A DNA stretch of 64,000 nt from Octopus vulgaris (GCA_951406725.2 OX597815.1:78988001-79052000), one strand, 5' to 3'. Positions 1-18,221 are shown, numbered from the stretch's first letter. Notes: generated from the letters alone by a model not told the origin. Program-made: numbers and translations.

Positions 1-347
1 TATTACTATTTTCAGTTGTTTCATGTGTACTATCAGTGTGTCACAGACTGAGTTTGAGTGTGTCAACAGTACTATGGGTGTGACATCTTCACGGACGTAC
101 AGGGCAACCCCACCATGAGTTCTTTCCTTCCTGTCCGACCGAAAAACAGTATACTTCGGTATGTGTATTTCTGCATCTGCTATACTGCTTGACAGGTGCG
201 TTTCAGTCAGCGCTATGCATATTGCATGGTTGCTTGTGCTCAAGTCCCTAAGGTAAGGAATTTTACCCATATTAGTGGGTTTCACCAGACCTCTGACATT
301 CAGCAGAAGCACTGGTGAGACACCCGTGTCAATAAAGGCTGACGGCC

Positions 348-4815
<4,468 letters not shown>

Positions 4816-7800
4816 CCCGATGGACAGAAAGACCAATTCTATGACACCCTCTTGCAGACTATCTTGTTGACAAATGACAAGGACCTTTGTGGCTGGTGAC
4901 TTCAATGGACATGTTGGTCAACATACAAGAGGCTTCCATGGTGTACATGGAGGCTACGGTTTTGGTTCCCGCAATGTGCTGCTGGAGTTCTGCGATGCAA
5001 ATGATCTTTTGGTTTGCAATACTAACTTCAGGAAACCTGCCAGTCACCTACTGTTCTGGCAGACACACTAGCCAAATTGACTACATCCTCGCCAGAAAAA
5101 GGGAAAGATGGCTGCTTATAAATACCAAAACCTTCCCAGGCGAAGAATGTACCCCACAACATAGACTGGTAAGTTAATGACTTCAGGATCAGGGCTAAGT
5201 GGATGCCCAGAAGATGACCAGCATGGAGAAAAAGAGTCTGGAAGCTTAAAGATCCTGTGAATGGACAAAGATTTAGAGACATACTGGCAGCATAGCCCGG
5301 CGTTGCCCGGGTATGTAAGAGCCCCTAGTAGGGAACGACTAATCCCAATCTAGTCCTTTCCCTCTAGAGAATGAAGGCGCATGTGTAGGTTGCAATGTCT
5401 TCTCTTCACTCCCAAATAACTATCAAACAGCTATCGATAATTCAACCCAACCAATTCCTACCAGGAAGAAATTACATTCGAGACTTTACCCCCAATAGCT
5501 GCTGCAGCCACAAGTTATTCGAATACTTTTTTTGTTTAAACTTTCTTTATAACTACCACCCCAAACGTTTTACCTTAAATTTTTGACGTACCCTAAGGGT
5601 CCTCAGACGCTACTTGCAAACTCTTGGTTTATTATAAACCGCTTTTGTCATGTGCACCAAAAAACCTTTTCCATTCATTTGTTCAGTTTGGTCACTTTTG
5701 ACTTTTTCGTTGTTGTCACTCACATTGCTGCCTGTATTTTTGCCGTTTTTGTACATTTTTATACATTTTGGGATACTTACCTCACGTGTTCCGAGAGTTA
5801 AAAAGGTCGAGTTGCAGCCCCTAGACAGTCTGTGGTTTGTGTTTAATACACAAATCGGTTTGCTATGTGTGCCACATATGATTTAATTAACTGATTTTTT
5901 CCAGTAATAAAGTATCCTATTGGAATAAAAAGGGCCATATAGCTCCTTGAAGCAGACATGATGCTCGCTGTGAATTTTTTAAAAAATTCTTGCCAATTTG
6001 TGAAAGATATTGTTGAAAATATGTCATCTTGAATTTGAATGCGATTTCCCAAAATGGCATGATTTTATCGATTTTTTTTCTGATGGTAAGGTATTGCATG
6101 GAAAACTAACGTCAGAATTAAGTTTCTTAGGGTAACATCAAGCTTCACTATGAGTTTGGTGAAAATCGATTGCAAGTTGCGAAAACTACAACAGAAAATG
6201 TGTTGCATATAAAAACTTAGATTCTCGACCCCATGTCGAATTTATCGATTTTTTTCAGAACTGGGGGAACTTTTCAAAATTTTCGCTGTTAGTTTTGAAT
6301 TGTGACATTGAGCTATGTTTGTGTCAAGTTACATCAGAATCGGTTGAAAGCCGTGGTCAGGGTGAGGGTACAACCTGACAGACAAACTGCTGTTTATATA
6401 TAGAGAGATTACTCAAAGCCTTTGACAAAATAGAGGGGGATATAGCTTCACACAATGTAGAAGACAACTGGAGGTTTCTATGGGACAACCTGCTGAGCGC
6501 TACTAACCAGATCTGTGGATGGTGCAAAGTCCCCTCTCGACCCAAAATAACATGGTGGTGGAATAATGTTGTTGACAGGGCTATTAGAGAAAAGAAACAG
6601 GCTTGGAAGGACTGGAAGAACGGTGGTAGCAGGGAATTGTATCAGACTGCCAAAAGGGAAACTAGGAGACAGGTTTATTTAACCAGAGGGGAAGCAGAAA
6701 AGAAAAAATTTGCCAATGTTCTGTGCCGTTAGGACCAAAGACTTGAGGTATTTCATGTTGCAAGACAGTGTGCGAGAGAGAATTGTGATGTGGTAGGAGA
6801 GAAATGTGTCTGCGTGGATGATGGTTCTCTTGCTCTAAATGAGGCTGCAAAGAGAGAGGTTTGGAGACGCCACTATGAAAGGCTACTCAATAAAGAAACT
6901 GAATGGAAGAAAGAGAGTCTGCTGAATGTCGACCTAACAGCAGGACCAGCTGTCCGAGTTGACAGTACCTTGGTAGATAAAGCAATTAAGAGTATGAAGA
7001 CAGGGAAAGCTCCTGGCCCATCAGGAATCACTGCAGAGATGCTCAAAATACCTGGCAGTGTCGGCTATAGCCTAGTTACCAGTATAGTTAACCAGGTAAG
7101 ACAGCTGCAGGAGAAATACCTAGCCAAAGATAAACTTCTGTACCTGGCTTTCGTTGACATGGAGAATGCCTTTGACAGGGTCCCCTGATCCTTATCTGGT
7201 GGTCAATGAGGAAACTAGGGATAGATGAATGGTTAGTGAGAGCTGTGCAAGCCATGTACAGGGACACTGTCAGTAAGGTGAGGGTTGGCAACGAGTACAG
7301 TGAAGAATTCCGGGTAGAGGTAGGTGTCCACCAAAGTTCAGTCCTCAGCCCCCTCCTATTTATCATAGTCCTCCAGGCAATAATAGAGGAATTCTAGACA
7401 GGCTGCCCCTGGGAGCTCCTCTATGCTGACGACCTTGCTCTAATTGCTAAGTCACTATCAGAACTAGAGGAAAAGTTTCAAGTGTGGAAACAAGGATTAG
7501 AATTGAAGGGCCTTAGAGTCAACCTAGCTAAAACCAAAGTCCTAATAAGTAGGAAGGCAGGCAAACCACAAATCCCTTCAGGTAGTTGGCCCTGCTCGAA
7601 CTGTAGAAAAGGTGTAGGTAGAAACTTCATAAGATGTACCCAGTGTAAGCTATGGACACAAAGGAGGTTCAGCAATATCAAAGGATGACTAACTGGGAAG
7701 ATAGTTTTTGTATGTGGCAGATGCTCAGGTGCAATAAATACCGAAAATGTGCAGAGAACAACTTCCGCCACATTCCAGGGAGAAAAACTAGAAGTAGTTG

Positions 7801-8921
7801 ATAGCTTCTATTACCTAGGTGACCTAGTCAGTAGTGGGGAAGGGTGCACTGAAAGTGTAGCTGTTAGAATAAGAATAGCCTGGGGGAAAGTTCAGAGAGC
7901 TCTTAGCTCTGCTGGTGACAAAGGACCTCTCGCTCAGAGTAAAAGGTAAACTGTAAGACATATGTATGAACAGCCATGCTACATAGCAGTGAAACATGGG
8001 CTGTGACTGCTGAGGACATGCGTAAGCTCGCAAGGAATGAAGCCAGTATGCTCCAATGGATGTGTAATGTCAGTGTGCATACTCGACAGAGTGTAAGTAC
8101 CTTGAGAGAAAGGTTGGACCTAAGAAGCATTAGATGTGGTGTGCAGGAGAGACAACTGCGCTGGTATGCCATGTGGTGAGAATGGATGTGGATAGCTGTG
8201 TGAAAAAGTGCCACACCCTAGCAGTTGAGGGAAGACCTGGGATGATGTGGTTAAGCATGACCTTCGAACATTGGGCCTCACTGAGGCAATGACTAGTGAC
8301 TGGAACTTTTGGAAATATGCTGTGCTTGAGAAGACTTGGCAAGCCAAGTGAAACCATAACCTTGTGGCCTATGCCTGGGGTGTAACCAGCCCACTTATGC
8401 ATACCTTTCCTTCATTGGACACTAAACTCTGCTTGTGAAGACCTGTTGAAGAAAGTGAAATCGAAATCAAATTTGATGACCGGCATCCATGCTAGTGGAG
8501 TGCTGAGAGCACCATCCGAGCATGATCGTTGCCAGAGCGACAAACGGGCTTCTGTGCCAGTGGCATGTAAAAAGCACCATTCGAGCGTGGTCGTTACCTG
8601 CGTCACCTTACTGGCACGTGAAAAAACGTTTGAATGAGGTCATTGCCAGTGCCGCTGGACTGGCTCCTGTGCAGGTAGCACATAATAAGCACCATTTGAG
8701 CGTGGCTGTTGCCAGTACTGCCTGTCTGGCCCTCGTGCCGATGGCACGTAAAAGCAACCACTACACTCTCGGAGTGGTTGGCATTAGGAAGGGCATCCAG
8801 CAGTAGAAACTCTGCCAGATCAGACTGGAGTCTGGTGCAGCCATCTGGTTCGCCAGACCTCAGTCAAATTGTCCAACCTATGCAACCATGGAAAGCAAAC
8901 ATTAAACGATAATGATGATGA
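4816..8921 (+). mobile_element. 5'-truncated, decayed RTE-clade LINE (APE endonuclease + RT + 3' UTR with (ATG)n tail)
   Basis: Endonuclease motifs [17 protein letters not shown] and SQIDYIL; RT motifs GKAPGPSGI, AFVDMENAFDRVP, GVHQSSVLSPLLF and LLYADDLAL (~7415-7442); MLHSSETWA in the C-terminus. Many stops and frameshifts; ends gataatgatgatg. Interrupted at 5284-6408. Confidence 0.95.
5284..6408 (-). mobile_element. Non-autonomous Helitron inserted in the RTE ORF
   Basis: Minus strand begins TC(TCTCTATATATAAAC...TGTCTGTC) and ends with hairpin CCCGG-GCAACG-CCGGG (5296-5311) then CCAG, a CTRR variant. Inserted between A and T with no TSD. Removing it restores the RTE frame F-R-D-I|L-L-K-A-F-D. 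Confidence 0.88.
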
Positions 8922-9576
8922 AATGTATATGTACATATATGTATATATAAATGTATATGTATGTATATATACATATATATATAAAGACATAATTGATATT
9001 CAGTTGAATTAGCTACTTAAGTTGAAGCACCAAGTCAGTCCGGCTTTATCCGCACAGCTCGAAGTAAGGTGAATAAAGTCAATATAAGTAATAGGATGTC
9101 CTGTTGCTCACGTAGATTTGATATATATATATATATATAAAAATGAAATCATTCTCATTTAACATCTGTTTTCCATTTCGGTGTGGGTTAAATGGCTTGA
9201 CAGTATCTGGCATATTGCAGGGCAGCATTGAGCTCCAATGTGTTTCTTTGTCTTGGCATTCCATGATTGTTGTAAATAAGGGTCACTGTTAAGTTTGATC
9301 AAGCGTAATTATTATTACCTTGCTTGCAAACAAGTGAGGGTTAGCAACAAGAAAGGCATCTAGCTGTAGAAAATCTGCTTTAATAGATTCAGTCTAACCT
9401 ACATGAGCATAGGAAAGTGAACATTAAAATAATAATATCACTTCTTTTAGTTATAAAACCATTGGGCCAATCAGCAACCTTGCTGCTACTGCAACTAATA
9501 GTAATCTTTTTTATTATAGGTACAAGGCCTGAAATAATGGGGGATTGATTCCAGTGCTCAATGGGTACTTATCTCT

Positions 9577-9836
9577 CAGTTGTCTCTCCTGCACACCACA
9601 TCTGATGCTTCTTAGGTCCAACCTTTCTCTCAAGGTACTCTGTCGAGTATGCACACTGACATTACACATCCATTGGAGCATACTGGCTTCATTCCTCGTG
9701 AGCTTACGCATGTCCTCAGCAGTCATGGCCCATGTTTCACTGCTATGTAGCATGGCTGTTCATACATATGTCTTACAGTTTACCTTTTACTCTGAGCGAG
9801 AGGTCCTTTGTCACCAGCAGAGCTAAGAGCTCTCTG
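9577..9836 (-). mobile_element. Inverted copy of RTE segment 7893-8158
   Basis: Reverse complement matches 7893-8158 apart from a few substitutions and a 6-bp deletion. Confidence 0.93.
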
Positions 9837-9889
9837 TTCGGTACTGTAATGATTCAACCAGCTCATTGCCCTAATAATAATAATAATAA

Positions 9890-10082
9890 TGATTTCAAAT
9901 TTTTGCCACAAGGGCAGCTTGGGAGAGGGGATTAAGTCGATTACATCAACCCCAGTGCATAACTGGTACTTATTTAATCAACCCCAAAAGGATGAAAGGC
10001 AAAATTTGAACTCAGAACAGCAACAGATGAAATACTGCTAAGCATTTCACCTGGCATGCTAACAATTCTGCCAGCTCACCAC
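9890..10082 (-). mobile_element. tRNA-derived SINE (Nin/Deu-like core), degenerate
   Basis: Minus strand reads GGTGAGCTGGCAGAATTG...GAGTTCAAATT...GCCTTTCATCCTTTTGGGGTTGATTAAATAAGTACCAG with a (TTA)n tail. Related copies at ~15580-15795, 15820-16010, 22080-22460 and 53855-54400. Confidence 0.75.
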
Positions 10083-13000
10083 TCTCCTTATAAATAATAA
10101 TAGGTTTTGCCTTTCATTCCTTCCAATTTGAAGTTCATAATATAAGCACAGGTGTTTCTGTGAAAATTTGAAAACGCAGAGTGACAGGTGGCAGTTACTA
10201 CAACCAACTGTATAAAAACATTTCAAAAAATTTTTTTAAAAATCCATCAAATGTATATATATATATATATATACACACACTCACACACACACACACATAT
10301 TATTGTAGAAATTTTATTCTTTAAAATGTTATTTTCATATTTATTTTATAATATATGATATTTCCACAGCAGTGAATTAATTTAAGGGTGAGAAGAACAC
10401 TTTCCAAAGAGGATCCAGCAAGTTGCTGTGAACAACCAAATTAGTTCCAATACAACAATGTTCAAATTTTGTAACAAAGTCTTCTTCCGGCAATGGACAT
10501 TAAGAAACAACGAAACCCCTAATGTCCCAAGCAGAGAAACAAAACAAGAAAATAATGACTGTTCTAATGAAGTTGTGTTGCATTTAGCAGAGAAAGGAGA
10601 GAGTTATGTGTAATACATGTGTGTGTATGTATGTATGCATATGAAATGGTGTATGCGTATATATACATAAAGCATGTAAGCATATATATGTATGTATACA
10701 TACACAATTTTTTTTTTTGACATTTCATAGACCTGTGCACAACAGAATATAAACAAGGCATGGTGAGTACATAGGAGTCCCAGTTGAGTATTAATTAGTG
10801 AGACATTGACATGGTACTATATTCCAAAACCATTTAATGTGTACAGAACTGAACTTAAATAAAACAGCAGTGGTCTATAAGGCATCTGATTGGTTATCAT
10901 CATTTGGTAAAACTGAATACTTTCATCTTAGCAATTAATTCTGCTAAACTAGAGTACAGTGACTGGCACTGGTTGAACCAATATCAGACAGGTAACAAGC
11001 CTAAACTCTCTATAAGCAACACAGTGATTAGCTGTAATATAGTGAAGCAGGTACATGGTTGATGACTATTTCACTTGTTCAATATGAAGAATTTTATCTT
11101 CATAAATAAGGTTAATGTGTTTTCCTTGTCTGATGCTCATTTTAAATATTCCTTCCACCAGAGTAAAAGGTATCCTCCACATGAAACTGTGCTGACCCAA
11201 GTAAGACAACAATAGAGTACATGGGTATTCATCTCAGAACTCAACTCAAAATAACAAATTAATACTTATGTAGATATTTTACTTAATAATAACACTTCAA
11301 TTGTAGATTCAACACAGCAGAATGTTACTTCCAAATCTAGTCATTAAAAAAAAATGCACGCACACAAATTTTAGCCTTAAAATGTTTAATTTTCTTTTGG
11401 GTCATGTAAATTTGATTTTTCTCACCTGCCAAAAATAAAAATTTTTAAAATGCATTTGATTTCTTTATATATGACTTCTTTTTAGCATTTATCTTGTAAA
11501 TAAATGAAAGCATTTAAAAATAGAATTTAAAGAAAATTATTAAAAGAGAATTACAGTGTGGAATGTCTTCCATTTAGCCATTCAAAGACACGAAAACTAT
11601 TAATTTCAGGTAAACATTTTCTTTTCTTTTTAAGTGAAATTAGTAGTTTTAGTATGTTTTTGAATTGTTAATATGTGTCTTCCACACTAATTATTTTAGT
11701 TCTAATATACAATTTAAAAAGACAATTCTCTGCAAATGTCTCAGAAATTAGAATAAGAAATAATTTTTTGAAAAAACTTGCTTATTTCTGTCTCTTTTAA
11801 ATATTGAATCTAAAGATTATTTTTAGGTACATTGTTATAATATACAGTTCAGAGGGGAAAGCAAGTTAAAATATATTTTCAAACCATTTTATTAAAAATT
11901 GTTTGCATCTTCATTCAGTTTAATTCAGTTTATATATATAGAAGACTAGATTTGGTAATGCCACAGGTCTCATGATTTCATTTCTAGTTTCTTTTGGTAC
12001 AAACAGATGCAGCAGCAATTATCAAAAATTTGTAAATAAAGATACAACAAGGCACTGCCAAAGACAGAATTCCACAGGAAGCAGATAAGGGGGGTTACAA
12101 ATGGCTCAAAATATTTATACTGATTTTGATAACAAAATCAGAATGATACAAAAATCAAACATAAAAATAAATACATTTGGGAACTGTTTAAAAGAAAATG
12201 AAAAAAATAAATAAAAAATAATTCTAAATGGAAACCATATTTTTCTTTTTGTAAACACATCTCTGATAATAACAATTAACAAAAATGATGATTATAATAA
12301 TAATAATAATAATAAAGAAATAAAAACTTAAAAGCCCATCTTTAACAAATATGCAGAAGAAAGTTCCAGTATGAAATAAATAGAATAAAATAAAACATAA
12401 GACACTGGTTCAGCATTCACATAATTTATAATAAGGAATACCTAAAGCAAGATGACCTGAAATAAAGGAATTTCCATTTGGGAAAAAAATAAAACATTTG
12501 CTGTATGTAAATACACACAGTACAAACAGATATATGTGGATGAGATGAGGATGATAAAATACTATATTTTATGTTTTATTTGGGTTTTTTTTTTTAACAC
12601 ATCAAGTAAGTGATTTAAATGTAAAACTGTGACCACAAGTGGTGTTACTACTGATGGTTCTTGGGTAACTGACATGCTAAAGCATAAATTAGTGTTTGTC
12701 AAGAGCAGTGTCACCAATTCAGTAGAATTTTACAGCAGCACCTTAGCTTTACTTCATGTATAAATAGATATCAGATATAAGTCAAGTTACATCTCCGCTG
12801 GAAATTGCAATTACAATCTGCTTTCTAGTGTTGGCACTAGATTCCCTTAAACACCGGATGAATATTGTCCTTCTCTTCCCACCATAAAGCATCAAAGATA
12901 AAATGTCCCCAGTATACTATTTTATTAACCCCAGAAGGATGAAAGGCAAAGATGACCTCAGCAAGATTTGAACTCAGATTGTAAAGGCTGTAACTAAATA

Positions 13001-14267
13001 CCACAGATATTTTGTTAGACACTAATGATTCTGCAAGTCCACCACTTATATATATGAAGTCGATAACTAATAAACGAATAAAGTAATAAACATAATTTTA
13101 ATTCAATCATTTATTAGTTCCTTCAGCTAAACCAACCATATCAAAGGTGATACGCTAAGTCAAGGAAGCTAACCACTTCAGAGATAAAAATAAATTAGCA
13201 AGAGCTATCAGTAATTATGACTATGGGATGATAACTACCCCCATGTGAATATCTACATAAAAACAGTTAATGGTGGAAATATAGGAAAAAAAAAAGAAGA
13301 AGGAATACAGTACAGATTTTTATGTCATCATGTTTTTTCCCCACAAATTTTACCTTTGATTAATGACTAATTCACTTAATTATTTAGAAAAGTGATATTG
13401 GAAAAGAATTATAGAATCTTAATACTTCTTCACTGGATGAAACAGTTTTGGATTCAACAGCAGGAATCACTTGCATTAAAAGAATATCAAGAATTTATAA
13501 TCAGGCATAAGGATGTGATTACTAGCTAGACTCTATCTATGATCACCATTACAATCTGAAAGGGGAAAAAGAGAACAAAAGTTATGGGTGTTTAAGTAAT
13601 TGCCCACACCACAAATGTTTAGCGAGGAATAAGGGATCAGCAGTAGAGATGAGCTCTAAAAATTAATCTTTCAACAGAACAGAAAATAGGGAATCTAAAT
13701 GTTACAATTTTACTTATTGAACATAGTCCCACATGTCAAAATACCATTTAGATGTAAAAACTGATGAAACAAAAGAGAATAACTGTTAGATGTTTTTACA
13801 ATATATTTGCTAAAATGTGTAGTTGTAAATATATATCCACTTCCATAGGATAAACAGAAAATAAAGAAAGTAATTTCAATGTGCCTAAGGTGGTTCCTGC
13901 AATAGATTTTTATATAGGGCATCACCAATTAGCAAATATGTTAATTGCTTCAGAAATAGAGTAGCATTTAAATATCAACTTCATGTTAATAAATACTGAT
14001 CTTACTAATGTGATACCTAGTGTGTGTATATACATGCATATATATGTACATATCTATCTATATATATATATGTGTACATATGCATACACACACACGCATT
14101 CACATATGTATGCATATGTGTGCAAGTAAGGCACTTATCTGCAGGAATAATATTGTAGTAAAAGGAATAAATAGTAAATCTTTTTTTTTTCTTTTGATAA
14201 CTATTCAATGCATGTGTGTGTGTGAATGACAAGAGAAGAGTTACATTATCACTTTCATTAGCTTATA

Positions 14268-14419
14268 GCAGTTTTGATGATAAGGAACTGTGCAGTACCC
14301 AGAGTTGAGTGCTATTGCAATATCTTACAGCTTCTTCAGTATATGAAGGATCTGATGAAGCTTTAAGATGTTGCATTGCACTCAATGCTGGGTGAACAGT
14401 TCATTATAACTGAAACAGC
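14268..14419. other. Imperfect ~70-bp-arm hairpin
   Basis: gaactgt..acccag..ttgagtgc..tgcaatatctta..agcttcttcag pairs with ctgatgaagct..taagatgttgca..gcactcaa..ctgggt..acagttc. Confidence 0.75.
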
Positions 14420-14629
14420 CGCAAACCAATATAAGTGACCATGGACTCCTGTTCTTTTGTCTATTAATTAATATTAAAGCTCTGTACTTATCTTCTGGTT
14501 CATGTAGGAATTTGAAGCAGAGGATGTCAGTAAATTCACCCCATCTTACTGCTGGAGCTCAGTAATATTGTACATAAATTTACTGAGTACTAACAATTGG
14601 CTATTGGTCCTGCTTATGGCAAAGCAGAA

Positions 14630-14668
<39 letters not shown>

Positions 14669-14670
14669 CA

Positions 14671-14750
14671 TGATTTAAGAGTTACTTTCCAGTGAATTAC
14701 TAGATATAAATATGATGACTAAACAGGATGCAATAGAAAGAGATTGTTGA

Positions 14751-14753
<3 letters not shown>
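14671..14753 (+). repeat. Left arm of 83-bp inverted repeat (partner 18139-18221)
   Basis: 82/83 complementary to 18139-18221; adjoining (TG)n(AG)n matches (CT)n(CA)n at the partner. Confidence 0.95.
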
Positions 14754-14789
<36 letters not shown>

Positions 14790-16328
14790 CATAAAAATAG
14801 GAGAAAAAAAAATAGAGGTGGGTACTTATCAAGAAAATAGACTATAAAATTAAAAAAGGGTACTGATGCAATCAGCTAATTAAAATCATAATACTGTGTT
14901 CCATGTATATTGACACATTCATAATATTATATTCTTCTGTGTTACTGAGTATAGTAGTAATGGCTGTTATAGAGGAATAAAACCAGGTATCAACATGATT
15001 GGGACATAAAGGGTCAGCTGAATTTTGAAACCAACCAGCTTTACAAGATTTAGGAGTGAAAAATGACCTAAATCAAATTACAACCAAGTGAGAAATCCCC
15101 AACAGAGAGATTTTTTTTCAATGAAAACATTTAATGATAAAACTTGATACTATGAAAGCCAAAAATAGAGGCATTAAAGTCAAAAAATAGAGGCATTAAT
15201 GCCAAAAATTACAAGCTGAAAAGAAAGACATAAAATAAAGGATTATTGTTATATGAGGTTAAGGATTAGACAGCTGAAGTAAATCAGTTCAAACTTGTCT
15301 GTATCGGTCCACTTGGACAAAAGAAAATATTCTGCTTGCTTCAGTCAATCCAGCCAACAAGTTCCATTTACATGATTAACTGTACAAAAAATATTAAGTT
15401 GTAAAACACTATTTGCTCCAATAGCATCCAACAAGTGACCAAATTTGCCAAGCTTATCCAACCCATACTATCAAAAAATAATGGCATGTGAAAGAATAAA
15501 GAAAAAACTGTACTGTATGGTGATATTACAGTGAATTTTATATAATAATTATAATTATAATAAAAATAATAACAATAATAGCGCTTTCAAGTTTTGGCAC
15601 AAGGCCAGCAATTCTGGGGGAGGAATAGGTCAATTAGATTGACCCCAATGCTCAACTGGTACTTATTTCATTGCCCTTGAAAGAATGAAAGGTAAAGTTG
15701 ACCTTGGCAGAATTTGAACTCGGAACATTAAGCCAGAAGAAAAGCCACTAAGCATTTTGCTCAGTGTGCTAACGATTCTGCCAGCTTGCTACCTTAATAA
15801 TAATGACAATAATAATCCTTTCTATTGTAGGCACAACACCTGACATTTTTTGGAGGAAGGGGTTAGTTGATTACATTGACTCCAGTACTCAACTGGTACT
15901 TCATGAAAGGCAAAGTTAACTTTGGCAGAGTTTGAACTCAGAATGAAAAGACAGATGAAATGCCATTAAACATTTTGTCTGGTGTGTTAATAACCGTGCC
16001 AGTTTGCCAGCATAGTAATAATAATGATAAGGAAAGCCAAGAGGCATGGTAAATGAAAATAGAGGGAGCAGACTTTCTAAAATAAAACACCAACTCATGA
16101 TGCTGAATATTAAGCTTCCACACTTTTAAAAATAGAAGAAAAAAGAAAATGGCAAAGCAAATGAGAAATGAATTCATGTCAAGAGATAAATTCAATTAAG
16201 TATTTCTAACAGAAAGGAAATACTTGAAAAAAAAAGGGATGAGAAAAAATACAAACATTATAATTTTATCAATTTGTTTTCCTAGAAATAGATAAGGGTG
16301 CTTGGGAAAAATAAAGTTAAACTATGTA

Positions 16329-16382
<54 letters not shown>

Positions 16383-16759
16383 GAATATAAATCTTGTCTT
16401 TTGATAGTATTAGTACCATTGTAGGGGTTTTATTTAAAATAAAATACTTCACATTCCACCATAAGTTTTTATTGTATAATTGGTTTCTTTAATCTTTGAA
16501 TTATATATAATTTTTTAATTAGCAGAAGTTACAAAGTGACTCAAGGGGTGAGAGTTTTATGCATGGCACCTATCAAACTTTATACACACACACACACACA
16601 CATATCCATTTAGTATTAACTGTCGGGAAAAGGAGTACTAAATATCACATTAAAGATAAATGATATTTTATTTAGTTGAGTCAGCCTACGCTAAGTTTCT
16701 CCTGTAGGCACACAGGTGAAACTCTGAGCAGTAAGAAGCTGATTCAACCAAAATATGAC

Positions 16760-16804
<45 letters not shown>

Positions 16805-18138
16805 ATGCATGATAAGAAAAAGAAATGGATTATGTAATTCACATATACATAGTCAGTGAAAAAGACACATGTCAGTTCATCCTGATGACATTTGACTATG
16901 AGGCCCTGTGCTTATAGATGAAATCACTACGCTAAGAACAGAAAAAATATACTGTGAGTTGCAAATGATTTAACCCTACCCACATTAAAACTAGTTGCAG
17001 AACCATAAACTAAAAATTAAAAAATAATAATATTCTATAATAGTAAATGGTATAAGAGTAAGAAGTATGTACAAGAATGGAAAAAATGTTGAAGGAGTTG
17101 GATCTGAACATAGGGTGATAAGATGGATATAGGGAATGAATATAGTGAATGATGAACATGGGCAGTAGGAGAGTAAATATGAGTGATGGAGTTAACAACA
17201 AAAGAATGAATGATGAATGTGGAGTAGGAAAAGCTCAGAAAAAAAGGAGAGATGATTAGCAATACAGAGTGAATTTTCTATTCTTTTTTTAGTCAGTCAT
17301 AAACACCAATGCTTATTGCACAGTTCAGCCGTGTATTGTGTATCAATAGATATTCCATACACACACACATATATGTATACACACACTATTTTGCTTAGAT
17401 TGTCATGGCTTGAATTGTATTGTGTCATTTCCTTTTACAGTGAGTTATTACAATATTCACAAGTTCACATTTTAGGCAAAATTTGGATCCACTGCTCACA
17501 GATAATTCATTTTTGAAAAGGTATGTGTGTGTTTGAATACACATATGAATACACAATTAGCCTAAAAATATTTTGATGCCTTAAAAGTTAGACACTATTT
17601 TGGGCATACTACATCTTTTAAGATGTTGAAGAATGGTTATCAATAGTTTGGGTGACTAGGTGTCAGCCAACAACTAAACAAACTTCTCTGATTGACTCTC
17701 TCCCTTTGTGTATCTTATATTTTCTCATTCACATCTTCAGAGTAGGTGGCTGAACTAGCAGATAAGTTAATTGATAACATCATCTAAATGGATGTCTCTG
17801 AAATAGTGGGAGTTTTAACTTATAGAGGATGACAGAGATTTTCTTTCTTTTAGTGTGTGGGGACAGTTACAGACACAACAGCACCTTAAAAATCAACAAG
17901 CTTTGGGTGCTGATTCAAAATATACCATCAGTTATGCCCTGTAAGCTCTACTTTGGAAACACAACTTCCCAGCCACTTATACGCTGATGTATCTACATAT
18001 GCACTGAGATTAGAAACCACACTAACGTCTTACATTTTCATACCTTAGACTCATTCTTGGGTAATTTTGACGCAAGTATGGATTTATGAGTGTGAGGTAA
18101 CCAAGTAACTCTCTCTCTCTCTCTCTCACACACACACA

Positions 18139-18221
18139 GGTTCAACAATCTCTTTCTATTGCATCCTGTTTAGTCATCATATTTATATCTAGTAATTCAT
18201 TGGAAAGTAACTCTTAAATCA
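18139..18221 (-). repeat. Right arm of 83-bp inverted repeat (partner 14671-14753)
   Basis: Reverse complement of 14671-14753 with one mismatch (18200 vs 14692). Confidence 0.95.

Noticed and set aside
280-347. Hairpin ttcaccag/ctggtgag followed by gagacacccgtgtc and aataaa, hammerhead-like 3' half
   Set aside because: No CUGANGA before the stem, and GAGA instead of GAAA; element truncated by the window edge.
16850-16930. CTGATGA ... GAAA hammerhead-like spacing
   Set aside because: Stem II consumes the G of GAAA and no stem III or stem I can be formed.
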